DNA of 39,433 nt, taken from IMG/VR virus record IMGVR_UViG_3300033463_000048, positions 1 through 39,433 of that record. The stretch is one strand, 5' to 3'. Made by a program: the position numbers and the translations under genes. This stretch comes from a virus (lineage: Duplodnaviria; Heunggongvirae; Uroviricota; Caudoviricetes). Positions within the stretch are counted from its first letter, which is position 1; each line of letters opens with the position of its first letter. Of the stretch, positions 8,305 to 17,900 are shown in pieces. Below the pieces are notes generated by a model. The model did no database searches. It had not been told where the DNA came from and saw only the letters and a list, made by a program, of their open reading frames with translations.

Positions 8305-8862
8305 ATGGCTCTTGCTAGATTGACAATCGATGGTTATGGTCAGCTTGAACTTAACCAGGTTGCTTTTAGACGTGATGGTCGTATCGAAGCACAGTGCAAG
8401 ATCGCGGCTGCCATTACAACTTATATTGAGAATGGTATGCTTCTTGCAGTCGATAAGGCTAACAAGACTGTTGGATATCCTGCAGCAGATGGTACCGATA
8501 AGCTTATTGCTTTGAACTATACTGCTGAGCATATGTATGATGAGAGAACTCCTGGTCTCAAGAACTTCAAGCTTGATCAGGGTACGTTCCTTCCTCGTCT
8601 TGGATATCTTGCAATTGGTGATCGCTTTACGACTAACTGTATTGCATACGACAATACCGAAACTGGTTTTACGACTGATGCAAATGTAAAGACTAAGCTC
8701 GCTGCTTTTGCTACTACTCCAGTTTATGGTGGTATCTGCACCAACGGTGCAATTAAGGTTTCTGCTTCGAAGCCTACATATGGTCCTGTATTACAAGTTG
8801 CTGATTATACTACGATGCCTGACGGCACTGTTGGCGTCAAGTTCGTTGTGTTGGCTGCATAA
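8305..8862 (+). CDS. Head decoration / minor capsid protein (185 aa)
   Basis: Beta-rich, Ala/Thr-rich small protein between scaffold and MCP, with highly-expressed-style codon usage and a GGAGG RBS. Confidence 0.6.
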   Translation: MALARLTIDGYGQLELNQVAFRRDGRIEAQCKIAAAITTYIENGMLLAVDKANKTVGYPAADGTDKLIALNYTAEHMYDERTPGLKNFKLDQGTFLPRLGYLAIGDRFTTNCIAYDNTETGFTTDANVKTKLAAFATTPVYGGICTNGAIKVSASKPTYGPVLQVADYTTMPDGTVGVKFVVLAA

Positions 8863-8876
8863 GGGGGTAAGAGATA

Positions 8877-9935
8877 ATGGATGCTAATACTATGAAAAAT
8901 CTTAAAACTCTTGCTAAATGCGTAGTAAACCGTAAGGGATACGATACCTATTCTGCTGACACGGCTGAAAAGGCATTTAGTGAAGAATTTGCTAAGTTGA
9001 CGGGTTCCGTTAATAATTTCCTTCGCAACAAGTATGATGTATTTGATATCATCATTACTGCTGCGGATGATATTGTTCCTAAGAAAGTTATGGAACAGTT
9101 TGGTTCTTTCGCTGAAGTTCTCCAGGTAGCAAATGGCGATAAGCCACTCTTCAAGAGAGGTGGACTTGGACGTCAGCGTGCTAAGAAGTTCCTTACTCAG
9201 GTTGGTCTTAGTGGCGTTTACGAGTCTTTCAGACTTGATACTGAAACCTTCACGATCGGCGTTAAGTCTATCGGTGGTGCTGTATCCATTGACTTTGTAA
9301 GACTTATCGATGGCGCTGAGTCTCTTACCGAGTTCATGGATGTTCTTATTGAAGCTCAGGTAGACGCTATTTACAGTGAAATCCAGGCTGCTCTTATGGC
9401 TGCTGTAAATGCAAGCGAAATGCCTGCTAAGAATAAGGTTTCCGGTACTTATAGTGCTTCTGCACTTCAGGGTATTATCAATACGGTTAAGGCTTATGGC
9501 GAGGGCGCAGTTATTGTTGCTTCTCCTGAGTTCGTAGATGCAATGGGTCCTGACGCTATTGTTCCTGCTATTGCAAGTGCTGCACAGGCTATCTACCCTA
9601 TTGATGATATTGAGTCTATCCACAATACTGGACGTATCAGACTTTTCCGTGGTACTCCTATTGTTGAGTTGAGACAGTCCTTCTTGAATAACAAGAATAC
9701 TCAGTATCTTGTAAATCCTCAGTATGCTTACATTCTTCCTTCCGGACGTGAGAAGATCGTTAAGCTTGTTATGGAAGGTTCTACTCAGTTGTGGAGTTAT
9801 GAGAATACCGACCAGAGCGTTGAAGTTAATACCTATCGTATGATTGGTACTGCTATCCTCGCATACAATAACTGGGGTATTTATCAGAATACTGATATCG
9901 CTACTACTGAATGGTATGACGGTTCTATTCTTTAA
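8877..9935 (+). CDS. Major capsid protein (352 aa)
   Basis: Size, position, strongly biased codons and a strong downstream terminator; HK97-like pattern (IVASPEF, RLFRGTPIVEL). Confidence 0.82.
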   Translation: MDANTMKNLKTLAKCVVNRKGYDTYSADTAEKAFSEEFAKLTGSVNNFLRNKYDVFDIIITAADDIVPKKVMEQFGSFAEVLQVANGDKPLFKRGGLGRQRAKKFLTQVGLSGVYESFRLDTETFTIGVKSIGGAVSIDFVRLIDGAESLTEFMDVLIEAQVDAIYSEIQAALMAAVNASEMPAKNKVSGTYSASALQGIINTVKAYGEGAVIVASPEFVDAMGPDAIVPAIASAAQAIYPIDDIESIHNTGRIRLFRGTPIVELRQSFLNNKNTQYLVNPQYAYILPSGREKIVKLVMEGSTQLWSYENTDQSVEVNTYRMIGTAILAYNNWGIYQNTDIATTEWYDGSIL

Positions 9936-9949
9936 GATTTAATTTAAAG

Positions 9950-9988
9950 GAGGGGTGGAGGCAACTCTACCCCTCTATTTTCTATTTT
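9950..9988 (+). terminator. Rho-independent terminator after MCP
   Basis: GAGGGGTGGAG-GCAA-CTCTACCCCTC followed by TATTTTCTATTTT. Confidence 0.8.
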
Positions 9989-10031
9989 ATTAATTTAGCC
10001 CAAAGGGTGAGTAAAAAGGAGATTTTTAATT

Positions 10032-10544
10032 ATGAAAGAAAATATGGTTATGGTAAGAAACGCAATGGAACAGCAAATCGTTATCGATATTCCTGAGTAT
10101 AATTTGCGTAGAACCTGGACGAAATGTGGTGCTCAGTTCCCTATTGATAGAGATATTCTTGAGCAGGCATATTACAGACCTGGCGTAGAGTATTTGTTTA
10201 CGCATGGTATGTTAGTTACAGACGACAAGCAATTCCTTTATGATGTTGGACTTATCACCGACATGGAAGAAGAGAAAGAAATTATTATGCTCGATGATAA
10301 GTTGAAGAAGAGACTTATTGGCGCAATGCCTATGAGAGAAGTAGAGGAATATTTTAATAAATTTAGTCCTGAGCAGATTGAGGAAGTAGTTAATTATGCT
10401 ATCCGCAATTATAAGGATTTGAACAATAGTAAGATTGAATTTTTTGGTCAGAAGGGTAATAAGGATATGTTGCGCGCTATCAAAAATTATAAGGATAGCC
10501 TTGAACCACTTCCTGAAGCCCCTACCGCTAAGGAGAAGAGATAA
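10032..10544 (+). CDS. Hypothetical virion morphogenesis protein (170 aa)
   Basis: AAGGAG RBS; first gene after MCP; translationally coupled to the next gene. Confidence 0.7.
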   Translation: MKENMVMVRNAMEQQIVIDIPEYNLRRTWTKCGAQFPIDRDILEQAYYRPGVEYLFTHGMLVTDDKQFLYDVGLITDMEEEKEIIMLDDKLKKRLIGAMPMREVEEYFNKFSPEQIEEVVNYAIRNYKDLNNSKIEFFGQKGNKDMLRAIKNYKDSLEPLPEAPTAKEKR

Positions 10545-10984
10545 TGACACCTTGCTCAAGAATTTACAAAGCTTTTCTTAGCCGAATTCTTGAAGATGAA
10601 TGGGATCATTGGCTCCAGGAAGAGGCTGAGGAAGACTGGTATGAGATTATGAATGCGGCAATTCCGTGGTTTAAATTTCCGCGTCATAGTTTAGCGCATA
10701 CTACAGAGGGTTTTGACGAAGACCTTACTGAAATGGAAATTCAAATTATCGCAAACTATATGAAGTGCGAATGGTTGAATAGATGTATTATGACTTGGGA
10801 GAATATTAAACCACTTTACGAAGAAAAAGATTTCTCACAAGCCAACTTACTTGATAAGTTAAATAAAGCCCTTGTATCTGAAAGAAAATACGCATTAAAG
10901 ATGGAAAGTTATTATTATCGTTCTGTTGATGGGAAGCCTTATAAATATAGTAGTTTAGCTGGCGCCGTCACTGAAGAAGAATAA
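10544..10984 (+). CDS. Putative head-tail adaptor (146 aa)
   Basis: Helical protein in the head-completion position; TAATG coupling on both sides. The function is inferred from synteny. Confidence 0.5.
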   Translation: MTPCSRIYKAFLSRILEDEWDHWLQEEAEEDWYEIMNAAIPWFKFPRHSLAHTTEGFDEDLTEMEIQIIANYMKCEWLNRCIMTWENIKPLYEEKDFSQANLLDKLNKALVSERKYALKMESYYYRSVDGKPYKYSSLAGAVTEEE

Positions 10985-11244
10985 TGATACCTGATGTTCA
11001 AGAAGGATTAAAGAATAGATTTAAGAATCGTCTTTTTGGCGTTTTATGTGAGTTTGAGAAGAATGGAGAATGGGAGAAATACCTAGACTCCATTCTAATC
11101 GAACTTGAGGGATACAAGGAAGAAGAAAGAACAATAAATTGGTATGTATTATATTCAAAACTTTGCGCCCTTCGTCGTCTGAAGTATGAATACTTTAGAA
11201 GCACAATTTTTGAATGTATGAATTTAGTGGAGCGAGGTTGGTAA
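10984..11244 (+). CDS. Hypothetical protein (86 aa)
   Basis: TAATG overlaps at both ends within the connector cluster. Confidence 0.7.
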   Translation: MIPDVQEGLKNRFKNRLFGVLCEFEKNGEWEKYLDSILIELEGYKEEERTINWYVLYSKLCALRRLKYEYFRSTIFECMNLVERGW

Positions 11245-11981
11245 TGGGCGAATATGATATCTATTATAAGAGATTAAACCGTTATGGCTATGATTATCAA
11301 TCTCGCATACAGTCTGAGAGAGAAAGAAATTTTGATTTGTATCTTTTGAAGTCTGTATACAGAGTTGAATTTAGATATGACGGTGAGGTATATGAGGGTA
11401 CTCTTGAGAGGAATACAGAAGATGTAACTCAGACTACCTCTTATTTATTAACCAGAACACGTGATGTAATACCTGGTGGAACCATTTTATTAATTCCTGG
11501 TTTTAAGGGTGAGGGATTGATTCCTTGGTTGGTATGGTATCAGTTAGAGCGTGAAGCAAAAGGTTATAATAAATATATGATGTTGAAAATGAATTATAAC
11601 CTTGTATGGCGCGACAATAATGGAGAAGAGTATAATCAATGGGTTTATTTTAGAGGATTGAGTACCGAGCCTATTAGAGATAAGGTTCGTTCTCAGACTC
11701 GTACTAATTCTACTTATCTTGAAAGCACAAATCTTCATATGTTTATTACGCAGTTTAATCCTAACCTTCAGCGCGATAATTATTTTGAAATTGAAAAAGA
11801 TGGTATTGTGCTTGCATATTGGATTACAGAAATTGATATGGTTTCTACTCCTGGTGTGATGTATTGTTCTGTTGATCAACGCCATAGAATTGACTTTACG
11901 CCTGCGCCTGAACAAACTCCTCAAGATGATCCTGATGATTTCTACTGGCTTAATGGTGGGGAGGATAGTTCTAATGGTTAG
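11244..11981 (+). CDS. Putative head closure/connector protein (245 aa, MGEYDIYY...)
   Basis: ATG 11244 overlaps the upstream TAA and follows GAGG; beta-rich; connector position. Confidence 0.5.
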   Translation: MGEYDIYYKRLNRYGYDYQSRIQSERERNFDLYLLKSVYRVEFRYDGEVYEGTLERNTEDVTQTTSYLLTRTRDVIPGGTILLIPGFKGEGLIPWLVWYQLEREAKGYNKYMMLKMNYNLVWRDNNGEEYNQWVYFRGLSTEPIRDKVRSQTRTNSTYLESTNLHMFITQFNPNLQRDNYFEIEKDGIVLAYWITEIDMVSTPGVMYCSVDQRHRIDFTPAPEQTPQDDPDDFYWLNGGEDSSNG

Positions 11982-12462
11982 AAATTGTAGAGAAATTGGA
12001 GAAAATCTTCAACTTATAGTAAAGCGTTTGATTGCAAATGATACGCTTGTAAAATATTTATATTATTCTGATCCCGATCCGCTTAGTAAAACAAATTTAA
12101 CTGATGCGCAAAAACGGGAAGAAATTTTTGAGAAATTAATTCGTATTACTCCACGTGTTGGCGCGGATGAAACGGCTAAAAGTATTGTTATTGTGCGCGC
12201 CATTAGTGGAATAGGTTTAAATGAAAACCCTGAATTTAGAAGAGTTTTAATCTCTGTAGAGGTTATAACTCCACTCTCTCAATGGAAAATTAAAAGTGAT
12301 AATTTGCGCCCTTATGCTATTTTAGGGGAAATTCAAGAATCGCTTGATGGTAAGACTGTAAATGGACTTGGCAAAATGGTTGGCGGAGATTTTGAACTAA
12401 GTTTTCTTACAGAAGAAGTATCTTGCTTTGAAATGAAGTTTGAGATAATTTCTTATGATTGA
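11974..12462 (+). CDS. Putative tail completion/terminator protein (162 aa, MVRNCREIG...)
   Basis: ATG 11974 follows GGAGG; the C-terminal beta pattern (FELSFL...CFEMKFEI) fits tail-terminator folds; position before the tail genes. Confidence 0.5.
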   Translation: MVRNCREIGENLQLIVKRLIANDTLVKYLYYSDPDPLSKTNLTDAQKREEIFEKLIRITPRVGADETAKSIVIVRAISGIGLNENPEFRRVLISVEVITPLSQWKIKSDNLRPYAILGEIQESLDGKTVNGLGKMVGGDFELSFLTEEVSCFEMKFEIISYD

Positions 12463-13213
12463 TAATTTATCTTCTGTATTTATGGGGTTGCCTATATATT
12501 TTAAGGGCAACTCCTATGTTTATCCGCCAAAAGTTAAGGACACGGCAAATAGAGATTTTGAAAAATATATAACTATTTTAACCATGTCTGAAGATGATGT
12601 AAAAGACATTTTTAAAGAAGAACCATTAAAGGAATATCCTTCTCCATATAAGATAATGTATAAGAATTTTGTAATGGATGCGCAACTAAGAAATTTAACT
12701 TTGAGCGCTTTTGAGTTCTTTTTACACGAACCTGTTACTTTTATTGCCGATAAGGGAATTATAATCTTAGGCGATTTGGAAACTCTTTTAAAACAAGGTA
12801 AGAAAATTGATGAAATTTTCTATATTGAAGAAAAAGATTATCCAAGATTTCAAAATTTAATTCGAGTAGCGGTTGGAATAGAAGAAGAGGAAATTGAAGA
12901 AGTAGACCCTAATGAAGATCCGCGCGTTACCGAACTAAAGAAAAAATTCAAAGAAAGCAAAAAGACGGTTGCAAAGATTAAACAAAAGAGAGGTGATTCT
13001 CTAAAATTTTATGATTGTTTAGTTGCAATTTGTTGTATGCAACTTGGCATAAATCCACTTAATATTGGAGAGTTAAGCTATAGTGCTATTTCACCGCTTA
13101 TGAATAAATTTCAAAGCAAAGAAGCTTATGATATTTCTTCAATGGGTGCGATGATGGGTACTATAGATACAAAGAAAAATACAATCGAATATTGGATTGG
13201 GAATTCGAAATAA
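12455..13213 (+). CDS. Hypothetical tail-region protein (252 aa), possibly the tail assembly chaperone
   Basis: Overlaps the upstream gene; helical with a charged linker; lies upstream of the MTP rather than downstream. Confidence 0.55.
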   Translation: MIDNLSSVFMGLPIYFKGNSYVYPPKVKDTANRDFEKYITILTMSEDDVKDIFKEEPLKEYPSPYKIMYKNFVMDAQLRNLTLSAFEFFLHEPVTFIADKGIIILGDLETLLKQGKKIDEIFYIEEKDYPRFQNLIRVAVGIEEEEIEEVDPNEDPRVTELKKKFKESKKTVAKIKQKRGDSLKFYDCLVAICCMQLGINPLNIGELSYSAISPLMNKFQSKEAYDISSMGAMMGTIDTKKNTIEYWIGNSK

Positions 13214-13243
13214 GTTTATTAATTCATACGGAGGAAAAACTGT

Positions 13244-14107
13244 ATGGCTATGTCTATTCTTGACCGTTATGGCATCAAGGAAGCTGCGAATATTACTTTC
13301 TATGAACTTGATGGCCTCGGCAGACCTACTAACCCAGTTCTTTTTATTGATACCGCTAAAACTTCTACAATTGAGCAGACTGCTGAAAATACTTCTGCTC
13401 GTGGTGGTTATGGTAATCCTGAATTGATTTCATGGGACTTTGGTAAGGAGATTACTGTTGCTCTTACTGATGCACTTTATTCTCCTAAGTCTATGGCCAT
13501 TATGTTCGGTGATGGTACAGTTAGAAGTTATAATAGTACTACTCAGGCACTTGTTAATGATAGCGCATACTTGATGCGTACGGAAGTATTTACTGCTACT
13601 GCTTCTGTTACCGCTGGTGGTTCTGCTACAGATGCTGGCTGGAGTTCTAAGTATATCGGACCTGATGGAAAGGCTTATAATAAGATTAATCCTAAGTTCT
13701 ATACAGAAGTAGGCAACTCTGTTGCTTCTACTGCTTTGGTATCTGCTACTAAGTATTTCTGCACCTATGACCTTGAAGTTGATGCAAAGGTAATTGAAAT
13801 TTCTGCAGATACTTTCCCTGGAACTTATTACGTAGTAGGCGATACTTATGCTCGTCCTTTTGCTGGTGGTAAGGATGAATTCTTCCAGTTCATCATTCCT
13901 AAGGCTAAGATTCAGGCTGAGAATACAATTACAATGGAAGCTGATGGCGATCCTTCAGTATTCAATTTGAATCTTCGTGTTCTTCGTCCTGAAGATGGTG
14001 TTATGATTAAGCTTGTTCAGTATAATCTTAAGGGTGGTACTGATTATACTGGCACATCTTCTACGATTTATCACAACCACATTCTTAACCCTCAGGCTAA
14101 TGGCTAA
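13244..14107 (+). CDS. Major tail (tube) protein (287 aa)
   Basis: Thr/Ala/Gly-rich, highly-expressed codon style, GGAGG RBS, followed by a terminator; motifs YGIKE, ARGGYGNPELISWD and FIIPKAK. Confidence 0.78.
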   Translation: MAMSILDRYGIKEAANITFYELDGLGRPTNPVLFIDTAKTSTIEQTAENTSARGGYGNPELISWDFGKEITVALTDALYSPKSMAIMFGDGTVRSYNSTTQALVNDSAYLMRTEVFTATASVTAGGSATDAGWSSKYIGPDGKAYNKINPKFYTEVGNSVASTALVSATKYFCTYDLEVDAKVIEISADTFPGTYYVVGDTYARPFAGGKDEFFQFIIPKAKIQAENTITMEADGDPSVFNLNLRVLRPEDGVMIKLVQYNLKGGTDYTGTSSTIYHNHILNPQANG

Positions 14108-14116
14108 TGGAGGTAT

Positions 14117-14146
14117 AGGCGGGTAGGGCAACCTGCCCGCCTTTTT
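14117..14146 (+). terminator. Rho-independent terminator after MTP
   Basis: AGGCGGGTAGG-GCAA-CCTGCCCGCCT followed by TTTT. Confidence 0.8.
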
Positions 14147-14151
14147 CAATT

Positions 14152-14937
14152 ATGAATGAGTTTGGTTTAAAAGAGTTCTATGATGTAACTTTGAGGACTC
14201 TAAATGAAATACATATTAAAGATAGAGTTTATAGTCCTGGCGAAGTGGTTGCGCTATTTGATAAGATTATAATTTCTAACTTTGATGAAAATAGAAAATT
14301 CGTGACCGCGCATGGTGGTTATGATGATAGAGATTTAATTTGGTGGGAGACAACAAGGAATTTAAATTTAACCTTCTCCCAAGGAATTTTTTCAAAAACT
14401 CAATTTGCTTTAATGCAAAATGGGAAGTTGTTTGACTTAGAGGATGCGACAAATTATATCTCACGGCGCGAACGTCTTGAGAGCGATGAAGAAGGGATTG
14501 TAAAAACAAAAGATGCGATTAGCGAAAAATTTGCTTTTTTCGTTTATGATACGGATTACAAACCGATTGAGTATAGTTTAATAGATAGTAATACATTATC
14601 TATTGAAACTCCTTTTAAAGAAGTTATTATAGATTTTTATACAGAGTATAATAAAAATTCTATGTTATTGCGAATTGGGCAACCATTTAGTGAAAATAGA
14701 TACTTCTTATTAGAAGGAAAAACGAGAGTAAAGGACGATATAACAGGACAAACTAAAACAGGAATTATTATAATTCCTAAGTTAAAGCTAGTGTCTGACT
14801 TATCTATGAGGCTTGGACAAGATGCTAATCCGGTAGTAGGAGTATTTCAAGGAGTGGCTTGTCCGGTTGAGGATCGAGGAACGAAAAGAGTTTTAGATAT
14901 AATTCTCCTTGAGGATGATATAGATAGTGATATATAG
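14152..14937 (+). CDS. Tail-tube-like paralogue of the major tail protein (261 aa)
   Basis: Aligns by eye to the MTP: FGLKE vs YGIKE; AHGGYDDRDLIWWE vs ARGGYGNPELISWD; IIIIPKLKL...DANPVV vs FIIPKAKI...DGDPSV. Confidence 0.65.
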   Translation: MNEFGLKEFYDVTLRTLNEIHIKDRVYSPGEVVALFDKIIISNFDENRKFVTAHGGYDDRDLIWWETTRNLNLTFSQGIFSKTQFALMQNGKLFDLEDATNYISRRERLESDEEGIVKTKDAISEKFAFFVYDTDYKPIEYSLIDSNTLSIETPFKEVIIDFYTEYNKNSMLLRIGQPFSENRYFLLEGKTRVKDDITGQTKTGIIIIPKLKLVSDLSMRLGQDANPVVGVFQGVACPVEDRGTKRVLDIILLEDDIDSDI

Positions 14938-14969
14938 TCAGCACTAGTATATGGTGCTGACTATTTTTT
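14934..14969 (+). terminator. Rho-independent terminator before TMP
   Basis: ATAGTCAGCACTA-GTATA-TGGTGCTGACTAT followed by TTTTT, directly before the TMP RBS AGGAGG. Confidence 0.75.
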
Positions 14970-14983
14970 AGGAGGAGAGAAAG

Positions 14984-17900
14984 ATGAGTAGTAATAAGCA
15001 TACTACTTTTACTATTGATATTAATACCAATATTACTAATTTGTTGAAAGGCACTGAGCAGGCAAAGAATGCGATTAGTAATATATTTAATACGGGTAAC
15101 CTTGGTCAGTCTTTATTAGGTGATTTTAATAAATTAAATAAAATTTTAACTCGTATACAGAATACGGCTTCTGGTCCAATTCGTTCTGAATGGGGTGCTG
15201 AAAATCTTATTGCTGATTTTTCACGCGCGGATACAGAATTAGATGAAATGATTTCTAAGCTTGAAGAAATTAAAAAGAATAAAGATTTAAGAATTAATAT
15301 ATTAGATGATAATGAAATTAAAGATTTTCAAACTGCTTTAGATTATAGTAAAAAACTTGGAGAACAATTAAAAGAAAACGAAAAGATACAAGCAGAAATT
15401 ACTCGTTTATCACAAGAACAAACTAAAGACGAGGAAGCAAGATTTGAAATTGAAAAGAAGCTTGCTGCTGCAAAAAAAGATAAATCAATTGCTCAGGGCC
15501 AATTAACAAGAATTAGAAATAAATATGGAATACAAGAATATACAAAAGAAGCATATGAAACAGAGTGGAAGGCATTGGCTTCGCAATGGGGACTTATGCA
15601 AAAAAATATGCAATTTAATAATGCTGGTGCTGCCCTAGGCTTGTCTAAAGATCTTTTAAAGGTTGAAAATCCTAATTTAATTAATATAAAAGCTGTTATG
15701 GACTCCTTTAAAAAGACGGATGAAAATGGAAAAGAAATTCAACGAACAAAAGAAGAAATTGAGCAATTAAATAAGATAGAAGAAAAATTAAGAACTCTTA
15801 ATAATTTAAAACAAAAATATTTTGATTTTAAAGCTAAGAGTGATGCTTTTGCTAAAGCAGAAAAAGAAGTAGAAGTCTTACAAGGAAAATGGGATAGTCT
15901 TGATAAATCTGTTAAAGATTATGAAGCTTTAATTAATACTAATAAAGGAAATTTTTCTAATACTTTTAATACGCAAGAATGGAAAGATTTTGAAGTAATT
16001 GCTCAGCGTCTTGGAGTAGATATTAGTAATATCACTGAAAAAAGTGGAATTGACCAAATTCAAGAAAAAATCAATTTAGTCCATGATGCAATACAAAATA
16101 AAGCCGTAGTCGGAGTTGATAATTTAATCACTCATCTTGGTGGTTTGAGACAAGCTAATAAAGCTACTCAAACTAGTACCAATGATTTAATTGATGCGCA
16201 AAGAAAACAAAACCAACAAATGAATGATGTAGAAGCGATAGCTAATCGCATCAAATATTTTACTGGTTTTTATGGAATTATGCGCATAATTCGTAAAGCT
16301 GTTAATAATGCTCTTACGACTATTAAAGAACTTGATGAGCAAATGACAAAGATGGCAGTTGTTACCGATCCAACTGTTGGAGATTATTGGAAACGATTGC
16401 CTGAATATACAAAACGTGCTAACGCACTTGGTGCAGCAATTAAAGAAGTATATGAAGCAGATACACTTTATTATCAGCAAGGTTTAAAAACCAATCAAGT
16501 TATGCAAGTTTCTAATGAAACTATGAAAATGGCACGTATTGCATCTCTTAACGCGGCTGAAGCTACTGACCGTATGACATCTGCCATGCGTGGTTTTAAC
16601 ATGGAAATTAATCAAGCAAGCGCGCAGAGAGTTAATGATGTTTATTCTCAATTAGCGGCTATTACTGCTTCTGACGTGAATGAAATTTCCGTTGCCATGA
16701 CAAAAACTGCATCTATTGCTCATAGTGCAGGTATGGAATTTGAAACTACTGCTGCTTTCTTGTCACAGATTATTGAGACAACTCGTGAGTCTGCAGATAC
16801 GGCTGGTACTGCTCTTAAAACAATTATCGCGCGTTTTGAAGAATTGAAAAAGTCTCCTAGTGAAATTGGAGAAATTGATGGTGAAGTAGTAGATGCAAAT
16901 AAAATTGAAACTGCATTACGTTCTGTTGGTATTGCATTAAGAGATACTCAGGGGCAATTCCGTGATTTGGATGACGTATTTTTGGAGTTAGCAAGCAAAT
17001 GGGATAGTCTTGATAAGAACACTCAACGTTATATTGCTACAATTGCAGCAGGTTCTCGTCAGCAGTCTCGTTTTATTGCTATGATGCAAAATTATGCACA
17101 TACTACTGATCTCGTTGCTAAAGCGAATAATAGTGCTGGTGCAAGTCAAAAACAGTTTGAAAAAACTTTGGATTCTATGAAAACAAAGTTAAATGCTTTA
17201 GAGAATGCTTGGAATACTTTTTCTATGGGTATTTTAGAGAGTAATACTTCTAAATTTGTTCTTGAAACTGGCACAAAAATTATAGAGCTTTTAAATTCAC
17301 TTACAAAAACAATAGATAAAATGGGTGGCTCTTTTGTCGGAGCTGCAGCAAGGGTTGGAATACTTGTTGTTAGTTTAAGAACTTTGGGTAAGGTAGGTAG
17401 AGTTAGTTTAGCCTATTTAACTGGAAAAGGGATTGGCGTAAAAGGTGGATTAGCGGCAAAAATTAATAATGGTCTAGTTGCTACTCCAGCGGATGGTAGT
17501 GCTTCTCAACAAGTTGGTTTGATACAAGCTATAACTAATTTAGGAGCTTATAATAGAAGTAAAAAAGCATACGCCGCAACGATGGCTCAAAATGGTCAAA
17601 GTACTATGACTGGAGCGCAAGTATTAACACAAAATGCAAGTGGCTTAAAGAATTTTGCTTCGGGATTAGGTTCAATAGCGATAAAATTGGGTGTTATTGC
17701 TGCTATTATAGGAGCAATTATAGGCACTATTGCTGCAATAGCCTCTATTGTAAAAAGTATTAAATTTAATAGCCAAGAAGAAGTCTTTAAACGTGATAGA
17801 GAGGCGCTTGATAATTATAAAAATTCAGTAGAGGAATTAAAAAATAGTCTTGATGATATAAATGTTTCTTCAGAAAGTTATAGCTCTTTAGTTTCAGAAA

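Noticed and set aside
8805-9623. 272-aa minus-strand ORF and other antisense/alternate-frame ORFs in the track (e.g. 190-390, 7484-7735, 11544-11924, 21546-21890, 29490-29870)
   Set aside because: They lie within well-supported genes, lack RBSs and motifs, and are expected shadows of biased codon usage.
9986-13224. TTTATTAATT upstream of two late genes as a late promoter
   Set aside because: An all-AT 10-mer seen at only two gene starts; chance is likely in this composition.
14107-14151. TAG read-through or stop-codon reassignment suggested by ATG GAG GTA TAG plus a hairpin in frame with the next gene
   Set aside because: TAG is used as a true stop (terL 5371-5373, 14935-14937), and the 2600-aa and 1822-aa ORFs are intact under code 11.
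12455-14983. Programmed frameshift producing tail chaperone or MTP extension
   Set aside because: No convincing slippery site with an open downstream frame; the alternative frames after the MTP close within a few codons.
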